From an uncultured Gemmatimonadales bacterium (GTDB lineage: Bacteria; Gemmatimonadota; Gemmatimonadetes; Gemmatimonadales; GWC2-71-9): a DNA stretch of 64,000 bases. Below are positions 37,717 to 46,992 of the stretch, in pieces. The position numbers were made by a program, and so were the translations under genes. The stretch's first letter is position 1, and every line of letters starts with the position of its first letter. The stretch covers positions 343,075 through 407,074 of the forward strand of contig CAWEWK010000005.1 in NCBI GenBank assembly GCA_963812755.1. The letters are read 5' to 3'. The notes below the pieces were generated by a model. That model made no database searches. It was not told the origin of the DNA and saw only the letters and a list, made by a program, of their open reading frames with translations.

Positions 37717-37824
37717 AAGATGGCCAGGGGGTAGAAGATGGCCGATAAGATGGCCAATGGGTTTGACCATCTTATAACTCTACTAACTACTACTATTTAT
37801 ACCCCTATTTTCGGTAAGATAGCC
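37717..37824. repeat. Iteron-like cluster: AAGATGGCC x3 direct, 1 inverted and 1 degenerate, flanking an AT-rich core
   Basis: Direct at 37717, 37735 and 37747. Inverted GACCATCTT 37765-73. AAGATAGCC 37816-24. AT-rich TTATAACTCTACTAACTACTACTATTTATACCCCTATTTT lies between. Confidence 0.75.
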
Positions 37825-37905
37825 AACACTCGGGGCACATAGGGATTCCGATCGGTTGGGCCTTTCCAGGCGTCCCCCAAACGGTGCATTACCGAGGAGG
37901 GCACG

Positions 37906-38208
37906 ATGCGGAAGCCAGTCGCGGCGGTACCTTGGGGTACTAACGGTGTGCTCGTGGCGTGTGACACCGGCGAGGCAATGGTCTACGATGTAAAGGCGGA
38001 TGCCTGGACCAAGCTGAACAAGGCGCCGAACACGAGAAGGCCGGTGGCCGTGATTCCTCGCGGCGCGAAAGCCCTTGTGTTCATTTACGACGACGGTTCG
38101 GCGCGCAAGTTTGTCCTCCAACCAGGCCCGTTGCGGAGTTGGAACGAACAACGATTGGCAGCAATGCCGAATAGTCCGAGCCCGGAGGCAGTAAGCGGCG
38201 GCCCCTAA
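37906..38208 (+). CDS. Hypothetical protein
   Basis: 100-aa ORF. Confidence 0.4.
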   Translation: MRKPVAAVPWGTNGVLVACDTGEAMVYDVKADAWTKLNKAPNTRRPVAVIPRGAKALVFIYDDGSARKFVLQPGPLRSWNEQRLAAMPNSPSPEAVSGGP

Positions 38209-38479
38209 CCAGGGCATGCGCCGCCAAGGCGGGATTGATTCGACGCACCCCGTCGTGTAGGAACGGACCGGAAAGGCGTGGGGGCGCCGATGCTGGCCGC
38301 CCCCACTCGCCTCTCCCCGGAGTTATGCCGCCTGAGCCTGGCACTATGAAACCCGGCACGCCCGCTTCATCCGGTTCCAAGCTTCACCCGGCAAAATCTT
38401 CCGCCTAGCGGACGGACAGCCAGGGAGGCAGCTTCTCGTCGGCTTTGGATCTCCCGCAGACCGATGCGCCTGTCTGATC

Positions 38480-38908
38480 ATGACCCGATTCCAAGTGGCG
38501 TTTGGCGCAGTCGTCCTGGCTCAAGCCGCACACTCAGCGGAGGAGTATATCGGCCGGCTTTGGGAAGCGTTCCCGCCCGCCCGATTTCTGAGTGGCTTGA
38601 TATCGCAGGACCTCGAGCGAGGCTTCCTGGTTACCAATGTATCGCTGGTGGCTCTTGGGCTCTGGTGTTTGCTCTGGCCTGTCCGTCGCGGATGGCCGTC
38701 CGCCAGGAGTCTCGCTTGGGCTTGGGTAGTCGTGGAGGTCATTAACGGAATAGGCCACCCGCTTTGGAGTCTGCGCCAGGGCGGCTACACACCCGGGGTG
38801 GCCACCGCCCCCATGCTCCTGGTGTTGGCGGTCAACCTGGCGCGTCAGGTGCGGCATAGCGCTGGCCGCTCGTCACGTGAGCGGTCGGAGAGATCCTTGA
38901 CAGATTAG
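38480..38908 (+). CDS. HXXEE-domain membrane protein
   Basis: AQAAHSAEEY motif near the N-terminus, followed by 3-4 hydrophobic helices. Confidence 0.65.
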   Translation: MTRFQVAFGAVVLAQAAHSAEEYIGRLWEAFPPARFLSGLISQDLERGFLVTNVSLVALGLWCLLWPVRRGWPSARSLAWAWVVVEVINGIGHPLWSLRQGGYTPGVATAPMLLVLAVNLARQVRHSAGRSSRERSERSLTD

Positions 38909-39305
38909 ACCGGAGACATGGTTGACAGTCGCCGGCGGCGATGCATGCTCCATGAGCGCGCTAAAGGAACGTAGGTCTGTTCGAGCGCTGGCCTGATTGC
39001 CGGCAAGTGATGCGCATTTCGTTAGGCAGCAGTCAGCAAGCCCAGTTACCTTCGAACTGGTCGTCCGGCCGGGTCCCGTCCTGTTGGTCCCCAGGCCGAG
39101 CGGCTCGCCCGAATGGAGAGGCCGCTATGCCCAGATCACCAACCGGCGAGGGAAAGCGGGGCAGGGGATGAATTGCGACCGTCGCACGGCGCTGGCGATC
39201 GCGGAGACGGTGGAGCGTTGGGTCTTTTTACGACACCACGCCTAGCGCCACATCCCCTCCGGCGGCATACTCTGGGTAGCCCCCATCCTATCCTGGAGCG
39301 CCACC

Positions 39306-39635
39306 ATGCTTCGCCCGCTCATGCTGGCCGTTGCCTTCGTCTGCCCAGCCGTCCTGCCAGCGCAATTCAAACCCGGCGACGCCAAGCATCCCCGAACTCT
39401 CACGGTCCCAAGCCCGCTCCCCCCGGCTGAAACCATCACCCAACTCACTAGTGTCCTGGTCGCCCGCGAGTACACGATTGATCGTGCAGAAGGTGGCGTC
39501 GTCAACTGCGCTCCCCGCGAGTACAAGAACGCGATCATGTTCACCCTGCGCTCTAATGTCGTCCCATCCCCGACTGCTGCCGGGTATGCACGACCGGAAA
39601 GGCGTGCGGTGATAGCTGCATCTCCCGGAGTCTGA
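39306..39635 (+). CDS. Small secreted hypothetical protein
   Basis: N-terminal signal MLRPLMLAVAFVCPAVLPAQ. Confidence 0.45.
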   Translation: MLRPLMLAVAFVCPAVLPAQFKPGDAKHPRTLTVPSPLPPAETITQLTSVLVAREYTIDRAEGGVVNCAPREYKNAIMFTLRSNVVPSPTAAGYARPERRAVIAASPGV

Positions 39636-39679
39636 CCTGTAACGAGGGTGCCGGCTGTGCCTGCAACGGATAGGTAACC

Positions 39680-40239
39680 ATGCGCCTTGCCGCGCTCATT
39701 GGCCTTGCCCTAGCCCTCCTCGGCTCGCCGATAGCCGCGCAAAAGAATTGCACCAAGGGTACTCCCTGCGGGAAGACCTGCATCAGTGCGTCCAAGGTTT
39801 GCCGTGTCGGGTCACCGAACGGCGGAGGGAGCTCGGCCGCTGCCCCCGCCAACTCCGGACCTAGCTGCCTCACTGGCATCCCGTGCGGCAATTCCTGTAT
39901 CAGCGCCGACAAGGTGTCCCGCATCGGGCCGGCGCCGACCGCCACGGAAGGGAAGGGCTCACCTACAGCCGCCCAGCCCCGCGACGAACGCGGTCGGTAT
40001 ATCCGGAGCCAGTCAGCCAGGGCGCGGTTCATGCGCCTTACCGGGTATTCGAGCGGCCGGGGCGGCTACGTGGTGGACCACGTCAACTTCCACTGGCCTG
40101 CGGCGGCCCGGACACGCCTGAGAACATGCAGTGGCAGACGATCGAGGAGGCGAAGGCGAAGGATCGGGTCGAGAAAAGGAGTGCGCTACGGCTGGCTCAC
40201 GCTAAGGCGCTCGAAGGCTTCCCAGTCCTAGCGATGTAG
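39680..40239 (+). CDS. Secreted Cys-motif plus HNH-type nuclease-like protein, frame break near 40085-40095
   Basis: Signal peptide. Two C-x-(K/T)G-x-PCG-x-x-CIS-x-x-K(V) repeats. GYVVDHV in one frame continues LPLACGGPDTPENMQWQTIEEAKAKDRVE in another (track ORF 39883..40239). Confidence 0.6.
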
Positions 40240-40536
40240 GCCCGGGGGAGCCTGGCGACCTCGGCCTCGACGGCGGAGTAGCTCAAGCCGATCCCGCAGA
40301 GGTCGTCGCTCACGAGGAAAGGGGCCTCGGAATCAAAAGCGTCAATGTGCCCCAACTCGGGAGTCGGTCGATCGTTCCCCACAACGCAGCAACGTATGGA
40401 CGGGGAGGCCCCGGAGCTGCGCCTCAAGGCGAGAAGTTCGAGTCGATCCCGTAGCGGCCACCTCGCGAATTGCTGCCACCAAAGATCGTCGCCCACCCCT
40501 TGACTCCCGAAGAGTCGCCGGTGCTATACTGGCGGC

Positions 40537-40749
40537 ATGGAATCAACTGATCGTCAACGCTGGGCGCGGGTACCGCCCGGCCAGGCATGGAAACACCCGG
40601 GTCTGCCTGTCGATTGGGTAAGGGTTCTTGGTGAGCATCCGGAAGGGGATGAGGCGCTCCCTGGCTACGTCTGGCTGGACATGCCGGGGAAGGTGCGGCA
40701 TGTCGGCGAGCACGAGCTGGAGTTCACGGACGAGCGGCCGGCGGTCTGA
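40537..40749 (+). CDS. Hypothetical protein
   Basis: 70-aa ORF. Confidence 0.35.
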   Translation: MESTDRQRWARVPPGQAWKHPGLPVDWVRVLGEHPEGDEALPGYVWLDMPGKVRHVGEHELEFTDERPAV

Positions 40750-40767
40750 TCCCTTTGCTGACTACGC

Positions 40768-40935
40768 TCGACAGACGGCGTACCGGCCCATAGTTCAATC
40801 CCTACGACCCCCGACAAAGGCACACCCGGCGAAAGCGCGGGCCGAAAGCCACGGGTCCTTGCCTCCTCCGCGACGCCGCCTTACGCCCAGCCCCGACGCC
40901 ACGAAGGATCCACGACCGCCAGCCCAGTGGAGATC
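40768..40935 (+). promoter_or_regulatory. Promoter plus structured leader, copy P1 (degenerate; no ligase upstream)
   Basis: TCGACA(40768)-N17-TAGTTC(40791), then CGACAAAGGCACACCCGGCGAAAGCGCGGGCCGAAAGCCACGGGTCC...GACGCCACGAAGGATCCACGACCGCC. ATG of the next ORF at 40938. Confidence 0.6.
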
Positions 40936-40937
40936 CC

Positions 40938-41623
40938 ATGGACAGGAACGCTGCCGCCGAGGCCGAATATCAGCTGCAGAAGATTCTCACCGTGGAAGCA
41001 TCAAAGCGGACCTTCGCCCTACCCTGGCTATCGGAAAGCGATCGCTGGAAGGAACTCGTTTTTGCATTGTTCACGAGCGCAGTGACTACCCAGAAGAGCA
41101 CCTCCGGGAGATCGTCGATAATCTGTACGATCTTGGACTGCTAAGAATCGACCTGTTAGCCGAAGTGAGCATCCCTAAACTGCAATCCGAGCCCGTCGAT
41201 CGTCTAAGCGCCCACTTTCTCGCCTTTCTTCAAGAGCACGGTTTTTCCCAACAGGAAAGTGAACGTCTCCTGACCATAGTATCGGAAGCTGCGAGTGCAC
41301 TGTCGCAGCAGTTCGATGGCAAGATTCAAAAATACCTCCGCAAGTATGGGGAACTCATGTTGAAAGAAGTTCCCGCTCTATTTCACTTCACGACAATCAA
41401 CAGCGATCAGATCGGGCACGCATTTACGTACTGGTTTCAGAATGTGCTCAATATGCCTCTGTCGTTGGTAGACTCGAACATCGTTGCTTTCTGCCAGGAC
41501 AATGGATTCGAGGTCGCAAATCTGATTGCTGCTGCCGACCGCCTTGACGTGAATCTCGCTCTCCTGGATGACCTGGTATACCTGAAGCTCAAGACTCAGG
41601 AGGCCGACCTAGCGCGAGCATAG
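40938..41623 (+). CDS. Hypothetical protein (weak HhH-GPD/glycosylase-like pattern), frame break near 41060-41090
   Basis: MDRNAAAE...SESDRWKELVFALFT in one frame, SDYPEEHLREIVDNLYDLGLL...VDSNIVAF... in another. Lower-GC patch. Confidence 0.45.
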
Positions 41624-41807
41624 ATTCTCTGACCCATCGACGAGATCGAGCACCATATTTGACTCTCGTGTTGCACAAGAACTCAGGAGGCTCAATGGCT
41701 CCGAAATTCTCAGGATCTCCACAAAATCGGATTCCTGCTCAACCATCCCGCTCGCACACAATCGGAGGGGCGGCCGTCTTGAACTAGATCTGCTCACGGT
41801 CGGAGAG

Positions 41808-42794
41808 ATGCTAGAAGCGGAGCGTCTTGTAGGAACCGCAAAGGCAGCTGGCCTCTTCCAGCCTGGTAGCGGCGGGCAATACGCATGGGGGCCCAAAGGC
41901 GAAGGCAATGTTCTACTACCTCTCACTCGAGGCGGTGTAGTAGATATCGATTGGCTGAACACACTCATGTCTGTTAAGGCGACAACCCCGGAGGCTGCTG
42001 CACTCTTATACGCCGGCGGCAAGGTCGCTTGGGCAGTATCACACGGAATACTTAAACGGTCTATCGGCGTGACTTGGGGTCACATCAAAGCGGCGTTCCC
42101 AAAAGACGAAACGATGGCTGCCGCACTTGCCATTGAGTACGGCGTAAAACCTTGGAAGTTTGCCGACCTTCTGCATCCTGATCTTGTGAAAGCAGCAGAC
42201 CGTCTTCTGGCGGACTTCAAGATAGCGAAAGTCAACAAACCCGCTCCTCAACCCCTGAAGAGGCCAGCATCACCGCCTCGGATTCTACTTAGGCAGCCAA
42301 GGCTGACTCCTGTTGTGCGGCAGGTACCCCAAAGGCCGAACGAAGCTTGGAAGAGCGGGCTTCGGCAGTCGCAGGACATGCAACAGCGTCAGCTGCAGCG
42401 GTCAATCCGGGATGCTTCAGATCGCGCTCACCAGCGGTTCATGCAGCAGAGCCAACAGGCAGCGCAGACCATGCACAAGCATGCGAGGGATTTCATGCAG
42501 CAGCAGATGCACAGGACACACGCAGCCACGGTGCCTTCAAGAAGCCGCCCATTCGATAGCCCGGCATTCCCGCGCTCCCCGTTTGGAGGGACTTCGCACG
42601 GTGGGGGTACCGCGTCGCCTCGTATCGGTCCCATACATCGTACTGGCATTCATGGGACGGGACACACCATGCCTCATGAGCGCCAGAGGCCGCACGGATC
42701 TTTCTTCACGTTTCGGGATCTCGACGTCGATCGTCGTGGCCACACCATTCCGGGCCCGTTCCGCGGCACGGAAATCACCCGCCACCGATACTGA
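41808..42794 (+). CDS. Hypothetical protein with a Gln/His-rich C-terminal half
   Basis: 328-aa ORF. No family recognised. Confidence 0.45.
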   Translation: MLEAERLVGTAKAAGLFQPGSGGQYAWGPKGEGNVLLPLTRGGVVDIDWLNTLMSVKATTPEAAALLYAGGKVAWAVSHGILKRSIGVTWGHIKAAFPKDETMAAALAIEYGVKPWKFADLLHPDLVKAADRLLADFKIAKVNKPAPQPLKRPASPPRILLRQPRLTPVVRQVPQRPNEAWKSGLRQSQDMQQRQLQRSIRDASDRAHQRFMQQSQQAAQTMHKHARDFMQQQMHRTHAATVPSRSRPFDSPAFPRSPFGGTSHGGGTASPRIGPIHRTGIHGTGHTMPHERQRPHGSFFTFRDLDVDRRGHTIPGPFRGTEITRHRY

Positions 42795-42844
42795 GAAATC
42801 CCTGTATTCGCTCCCATTTAAAGACAGATTGCCAACCCCGCAGC

Positions 42845-42977
42845 CATCTAGCCGTTTGTCTTCCGCTAGCCTAGACTAACCAGTAACGGCCCGCCTTAGG
42901 ACTCGGGCCGGAACCGTGTGACCCCTCGTCGTGGAGAGGCCAGCCGGCAGCTTTCGCGCTGCCCGGAGCCGCCACGA
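42845..42977 (+). repeat. Ligase-upstream module U, copy a
   Basis: CATCTAGCC(42845)...CCTAGACT(42870)...CCCTCGTCGTGGAGAGGCCAGCCGGCAGCtttcgcGCTGCCCGGAGCCGCCACGA, then the ATG. Confidence 0.8.
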
Positions 42978-43613
42978 ATGAGCCCGCGCACCACAGGACC
43001 CTTCCACCGTTGAGCCGATCGTCCCGGTATCGGGCTCACCCCCGATGAACGACCCCCAATGGCTCTACGAGCCCAAGTCGATGGCTGGCGGGGAATACTC
43101 TACCTCAGCGGTCGGGAGTGCTATATCCGCTCCAAGCGGGGGAATCTGCTACGTCGGTTCGCGGAGCTCGCCGAGCAGGTCAGATCCGAGATGTCGGTGA
43201 GTGATGCCATCTTGGACGGCGAGGTCGTGGCGCTCGATGACGAGGGGCGCATGAACTTCCGTGCCCTCCAACACGGCCGCGGGTGGCTGCACTACGCCGC
43301 CTTTGACGTGCTCTGGCTCCACGGGAAGGACCTGAGAGCCCAGCCGCTCACCCGGCGGAAGCGGCGCCTGGAGGGTCTCATTCCGAGGACCACTCCAACG
43401 CTCTCTCGGGTGCTCGCTGTGGAGGAGTACGGGCGGGAGTTGTTCGAGGCAGCCCAGAGGCTTGACTTGGAGGGCATCGTGGCGAAGCGAAAGCGCGACT
43501 CCTATTCGCGGCAGACTACCTGGTACAAGGTGAAGAATCCGGCGTATACACAGACGGAGGGGCGAGGAGACCTGTTCTATAAGCCTCGTTCACCTGCCCG
43601 GAAGTTGTCTTGA
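42978..43613 (+). pseudogene. OB-less ATP-dependent DNA ligase (nucleotidyltransferase domain only), copy L1, at least 2 frame breaks
   Basis: The ATG frame stops after 11 codons. VEPIVPVSGSPPMNDPQWLYEPK is in a second frame and VDGWRGILYL...LDGEVVAL...AFDVLWLHG...EGIVAKRK...WYKVKN...* in a third (motifs I, III, IIIa, IV, V). Confidence 0.8.
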
Positions 43614-43781
43614 CAAGCTCTGTACCGGTCCGTATCTCACTTCTGCCATCCCTCGACAAAGGCACACCCGGCGAAAGCCGGGGCCGCAAAGCCACGGGTC
43701 CTCGCCGCCCTCCGCGACGCCGCACGGTACTTCCGCCTGACGCCACAAAGGACCCACGACCGCTGAGCTGCCGAAGGGTGG
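43610..43781 (+). promoter_or_regulatory. Promoter plus structured leader, copy P2 (best preserved)
   Basis: TTGACA(43610, containing the ligase TGA)-N17-TATCTC(43633). CCCGGC-GAAA-GCCGGG hairpin, CGCAAAGCC, GGGTCC...GGACCC helix. CCATCCCTCG (43647) is complementary to CGAAGGGTGG (43772) in 9 of 10 positions. Confidence 0.65.
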
Positions 43782-43840
43782 CTAGGTCTGTCCGCTCATT
43801 TCGTAAACCTTTCAAGACAGCCTCTTCCCACGGGGTCCTT

Positions 43841-44435
43841 ATGCATCCGGCACGGCGCTTTGTTCCGCTCACACTCGCAGTATTCGTCCTAAGCTGTCAG
43901 GATGGCAATGGTCCTACTCCTGCCGAAAGCGCGCCCGTGGCGGGGCAACCTTCGGCGGCACAGATTGTCGACCGAACCCGCTTTTTCGACGGATTCCTCG
44001 TCCACCACACACCACAGTTGACCTTTACCGTAGGCCTGGTTGATCCCCTGGAAGCTCTCCCAGAGTGCGGCGGCACCGGCGAACTTGTCGAAACTGATAC
44101 CAGAGGCTTTGACCAGAAAGTGTTCACACCACCGGGTCCCATCAGACAGGTTCGACGCTTCACGGGAACCATCGCCCTTTACGATGTCCCACTCCTTCCA
44201 GAGGGAGGACTTGTGCAACCTGATCGGCCACCTCGTTGGAACCGGTCCAGGCACCTTTACTAGCACCGACAACAGCCTAACGGGTGTGGGCCCGGGCACG
44301 AACGCGTTCGGCTTCATGGCCAATGCTATTCTGACTCTGACTGATGGCAGCAAAGCGAAGTTCAGGGCCATCGTGCGGTTCGTTGGCGAGGATCTCATTG
44401 TCGAAGATCTCACGGTGACCCCGATCGGCAACTGA
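43841..44435 (+). CDS. Lipoprotein of unknown function, frame break near 44190-44215
   Basis: MHPARRFVPLTLAVFVLSCQDG lipobox. The C-terminal half (…GHLVGTGPGTFTSTDNSLTG…DLTVTPIGN*) is in track ORF 44040..44435. Confidence 0.55.
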
Positions 44436-44542
44436 ACCAAGCGGGATCCGTCGCCTCACTTCACGCTCTAAGCCGCACAAAATGAGTCGGGGGTGGCGCT
44501 CGCCACCCCCCCTTGGCGGACTCTTCGGTAGCTTTTTCTACA

Positions 44543-44660
44543 CATCTAGACTGCTTTTCAGTACCAGCCTATAGTCTGATTAGCGGCCTCTCGGCCGCGC
44601 CGTCAGCCCTCGTCGTGGAGAGGTAGTCGGCAGCATTGTCGCTGCCCCGGAGCCGCCACG
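44543..44660 (+). repeat. Ligase-upstream module U, copy b
   Basis: CATCTAGAC(44543)...CCTATAGTCT...CGTCAGCCCTCGTCGTGGAGAGGTAGTCGGCAGCattgtcGCTGCCCCGGAGCCGCCACG. Confidence 0.8.
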
Positions 44661-45094
44661 ATGAGCGCGCGTACCAAAGCACTTCCCACCTCGAGCCGAT
44701 CCTCGTGGTCACGGGCTCACCCCCGCTGCATGATCCCAACTGGATCTATGAGCCTAATTTCGACGGCTGGCGTGGAACCTTGTATCTGGATAGGCACTCC
44801 TCCTACATCCGCTCCAAGAGGGGGAACGTGCTACGCCGGTTCTGGGAGCTGGCCGGGCAGGTCAGGGCGGAGCTAGGTGTGAGAGACGCCGTTCTGGACG
44901 GTGAGGTGGTGGCACTCGATGACGAAGGCCGAATGTCCTTTAATGCTCTTCAAGTCGGGCGCGGATGGCTGCACTCCGTCGCCTTCGACCTGCTGTGGCT
45001 GAACGGACGAGACATGCGGGCTGAGCCGCTCTCACGGCGGAAGCGCCGATTGGAGGGACTGATCCCAACCAACAATGCGACCGTCTCACGCTGA
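44661..45094 (+). pseudogene. ATP-dependent DNA ligase fragment, copy L2 (frame break after the ATG; truncated after about 150 aa)
   Basis: The ATG at 44661 is out of frame with the body EPILVVTGSPPLHDPNWIYEPNFDGWRGTLYL... Motif I reads NFDG instead of KFDG. Ends ...LIPTNNATVSR* without motifs IV and V. Confidence 0.78.
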
Positions 45095-45228
45095 GATCTC
45101 TGCCGAAGCTCGGGCCGCTGCCTACGAAGGTCCGTTTGACAGACTCATCTGGCTACTGCCAGGCCACCCACCACGGGCGATCGACCTCCGGCTAGAGTCG
45201 GCCGCAGCCTGATAACGAAACCTTTCGG

Positions 45229-45801
45229 CTAGTCGTTGGTCCGAAAGAGGTAGACGATCTGTGCACGGCGCGTCGGGTGATAGGAGCAGTGGTAGCGGAT
45301 GACCTCTTCGCGCAGTGGGTCCAAACCCGATTCTCCCTCAGCCGGCGGCAGTTCGCCAAGCGCTTCAAGGAAGGGTCTCGCTCGGGCTGCTTCTCGCTGG
45401 ATGATCTCATCAGGAGGGATGGTGACGTCGCAGGTCTCCTCGTCCTCCCACTCCCCGTACCGGTCGAGTCGCTTCACATAGATCAACAAATCCGGACTGA
45501 CCTGTACGGCCTCCAGAGCGGCGAGCATGCAGATGCCCTCGAGAACCAATGGCTGAGACGCTGCCTCTATCGCGTTGCCGAGCTCACCGCGTTTCAGGTG
45601 GGGAAGGAAGGTCCCTTGGTTCTTGTGGATGAAGTCATCCAGGCTCAGGAGAGTGCCGCCGAGAGCTCCATACAGGTGACGTGCGATTGTCGTCTTACCG
45701 CTCCCGTGGATTCCGTCGACGCCGATGGTGGCTGCAGCAGGGAAGGATGATCGCAGGCGGGCAACGAGGGCTTGAGGGCTGTTCACTTCGTACGCGGTCA
45801 T
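45229..45801 (-). CDS. P-loop NTPase/kinase-like protein
   Basis: Walker A GVDGIHGSGKTT. 190 aa, apparently intact. Confidence 0.6.
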   Translation of the reverse strand: MTAYEVNSPQALVARLRSSFPAAATIGVDGIHGSGKTTIARHLYGALGGTLLSLDDFIHKNQGTFLPHLKRGELGNAIEAASQPLVLEGICMLAALEAVQVSPDLLIYVKRLDRYGEWEDEETCDVTIPPDEIIQREAARARPFLEALGELPPAEGESGLDPLREEVIRYHCSYHPTRRAQIVYLFRTND

Positions 45802-46365
45802 CTCTTTGCCGGGCCAGACTCATGCTCCTGCTGGGCATTGAGTGCCGATTCGAGACCCGCTCCCGCCGTCAATGCCTCTCTAAAGCCGATGAGGCTGACG
45901 GGCAACCCGCCTCCAATAGTCCCGTAGGCGCGGCTTTAGCAATCGGGCATCCTTTGGCATACAGCAAGAATAGCGGGGTCATTCCATAGGCGAGCGGGGC
46001 GGCCAGCATCGGCGCCCCCCGTGGTGTGTGTGCGGATTAGGAGGTGGGCGACGGCGGAGGCGGTTGGTAGGGTGTTTCCTTCCGGGCGATCAGCGCGGCG
46101 GCCACGTCGTCACGGTGACACATCTGGACAAACACGATCGCCTTTGCACGCCCGCCACGCTCGAGAACGGTCAACGGACTCGCCATGACAGCGCAGAAAG
46201 AGATCCGGACGATGTCCCTGTGGCGATAATGCTCCAGTGTTCTTTACGCACGGGGGTGAGTCCTAGCGCTTCCTCGTCAAGGACTCCAGACTTAAAGCAG
46301 GCCCAAGGCGCCTGCGCGCATGGCGCGGCCCGCCAACCAACGGGCTCGTAACGCTGGGGATTTCT

Positions 46366-46737
46366 ATGTTTGCCCGTCGCGACACGCTGGTGCAAGCCCT
46401 GAACGACCTCGAAACTGGTGGCCTTCCCAACGCCGAAATAATCGTAGTGAGCCGCGGTTGGTGGGAGAGCCTGTCCACCTCTGAACAGACCACCTTCCGC
46501 ACTCGCGCCGATCGGGTGGGTGTCACGCTGAACGTCGACGACCAGCTGTCCGCACACTATGTCGAGGTGCGGGCGGGCCGAGCGATCAGCGGCTGTCAGG
46601 CGAGCACCCGATCTAGCAGAGTTGCGTGTCAGGCCAGGGGCTACAGTCCTAACTTCCGCACGCATCGCCGCCCAGACGTGCCGCGGCTCGGCGGCGAGGT
46701 CGCCACCACAGCTCACGGTACAATTCAGTATACTTGA
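46366..46737 (+). CDS. Hypothetical protein
   Basis: ORF. The first 80 or so aa look protein-like; the C-terminal part is low-complexity and may be out of frame. Confidence 0.3.
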   Translation: MFARRDTLVQALNDLETGGLPNAEIIVVSRGWWESLSTSEQTTFRTRADRVGVTLNVDDQLSAHYVEVRAGRAISGCQASTRSSRVACQARGYSPNFRTHRRPDVPRLGGEVATTAHGTIQYT

Positions 46738-46761
46738 AGAGTCCTCGACCCAGGCCTGCAG

Positions 46762-46992
46762 TTGAATCCCGTCTTGTACAAGGGCTTCACCATCACGGCG
46801 CGCACGTTCCAGATACGTGGCTGCGGACGCTGGACCCTTGATCTCTTGATCGGCCGCCACACTGACTTGCGGGCCTACAGCGGCCCTAGCACCTACCCCA
46901 CAGAGGAATCGGCTATCACGGGATGTTGTGACTTCGGCCGGCGCATCATCGATGGCCAAGTGTCGAATTGCTCAGTCGATGACTTGTCGTGA
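46762..46992 (+). CDS. Small hypothetical protein
   Basis: 76-aa ORF YKGFTITARTFQIRGCGRWTLDLLIGRH...FGRRIIDG. Recalls a small conserved family, but I cannot name it. Confidence 0.4.
   Translation: MNPVLYKGFTITARTFQIRGCGRWTLDLLIGRHTDLRAYSGPSTYPTEESAITGCCDFGRRIIDGQVSNCSVDDLS

Noticed and set aside
40800-40935. Conserved peptide-like strings across leader copies (for example DATKDPRP, in track ORFs 40628..41623 and 43610..44263).
   Set aside because: The conserved nucleotide blocks fall in different reading frames between copies (P1 versus P2 upstream of the shared block), and indels are not multiples of three. Conservation is at the nucleotide/RNA level, not coding.
46171-46959. The 262-aa minus-strand ORF spanning several small plus-strand ORFs.
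   Set aside because: Its composition and lack of motifs suggest a spurious ORF. The plus-strand ORFs at 46366 and 46762 look more protein-like, though they are themselves uncertain.
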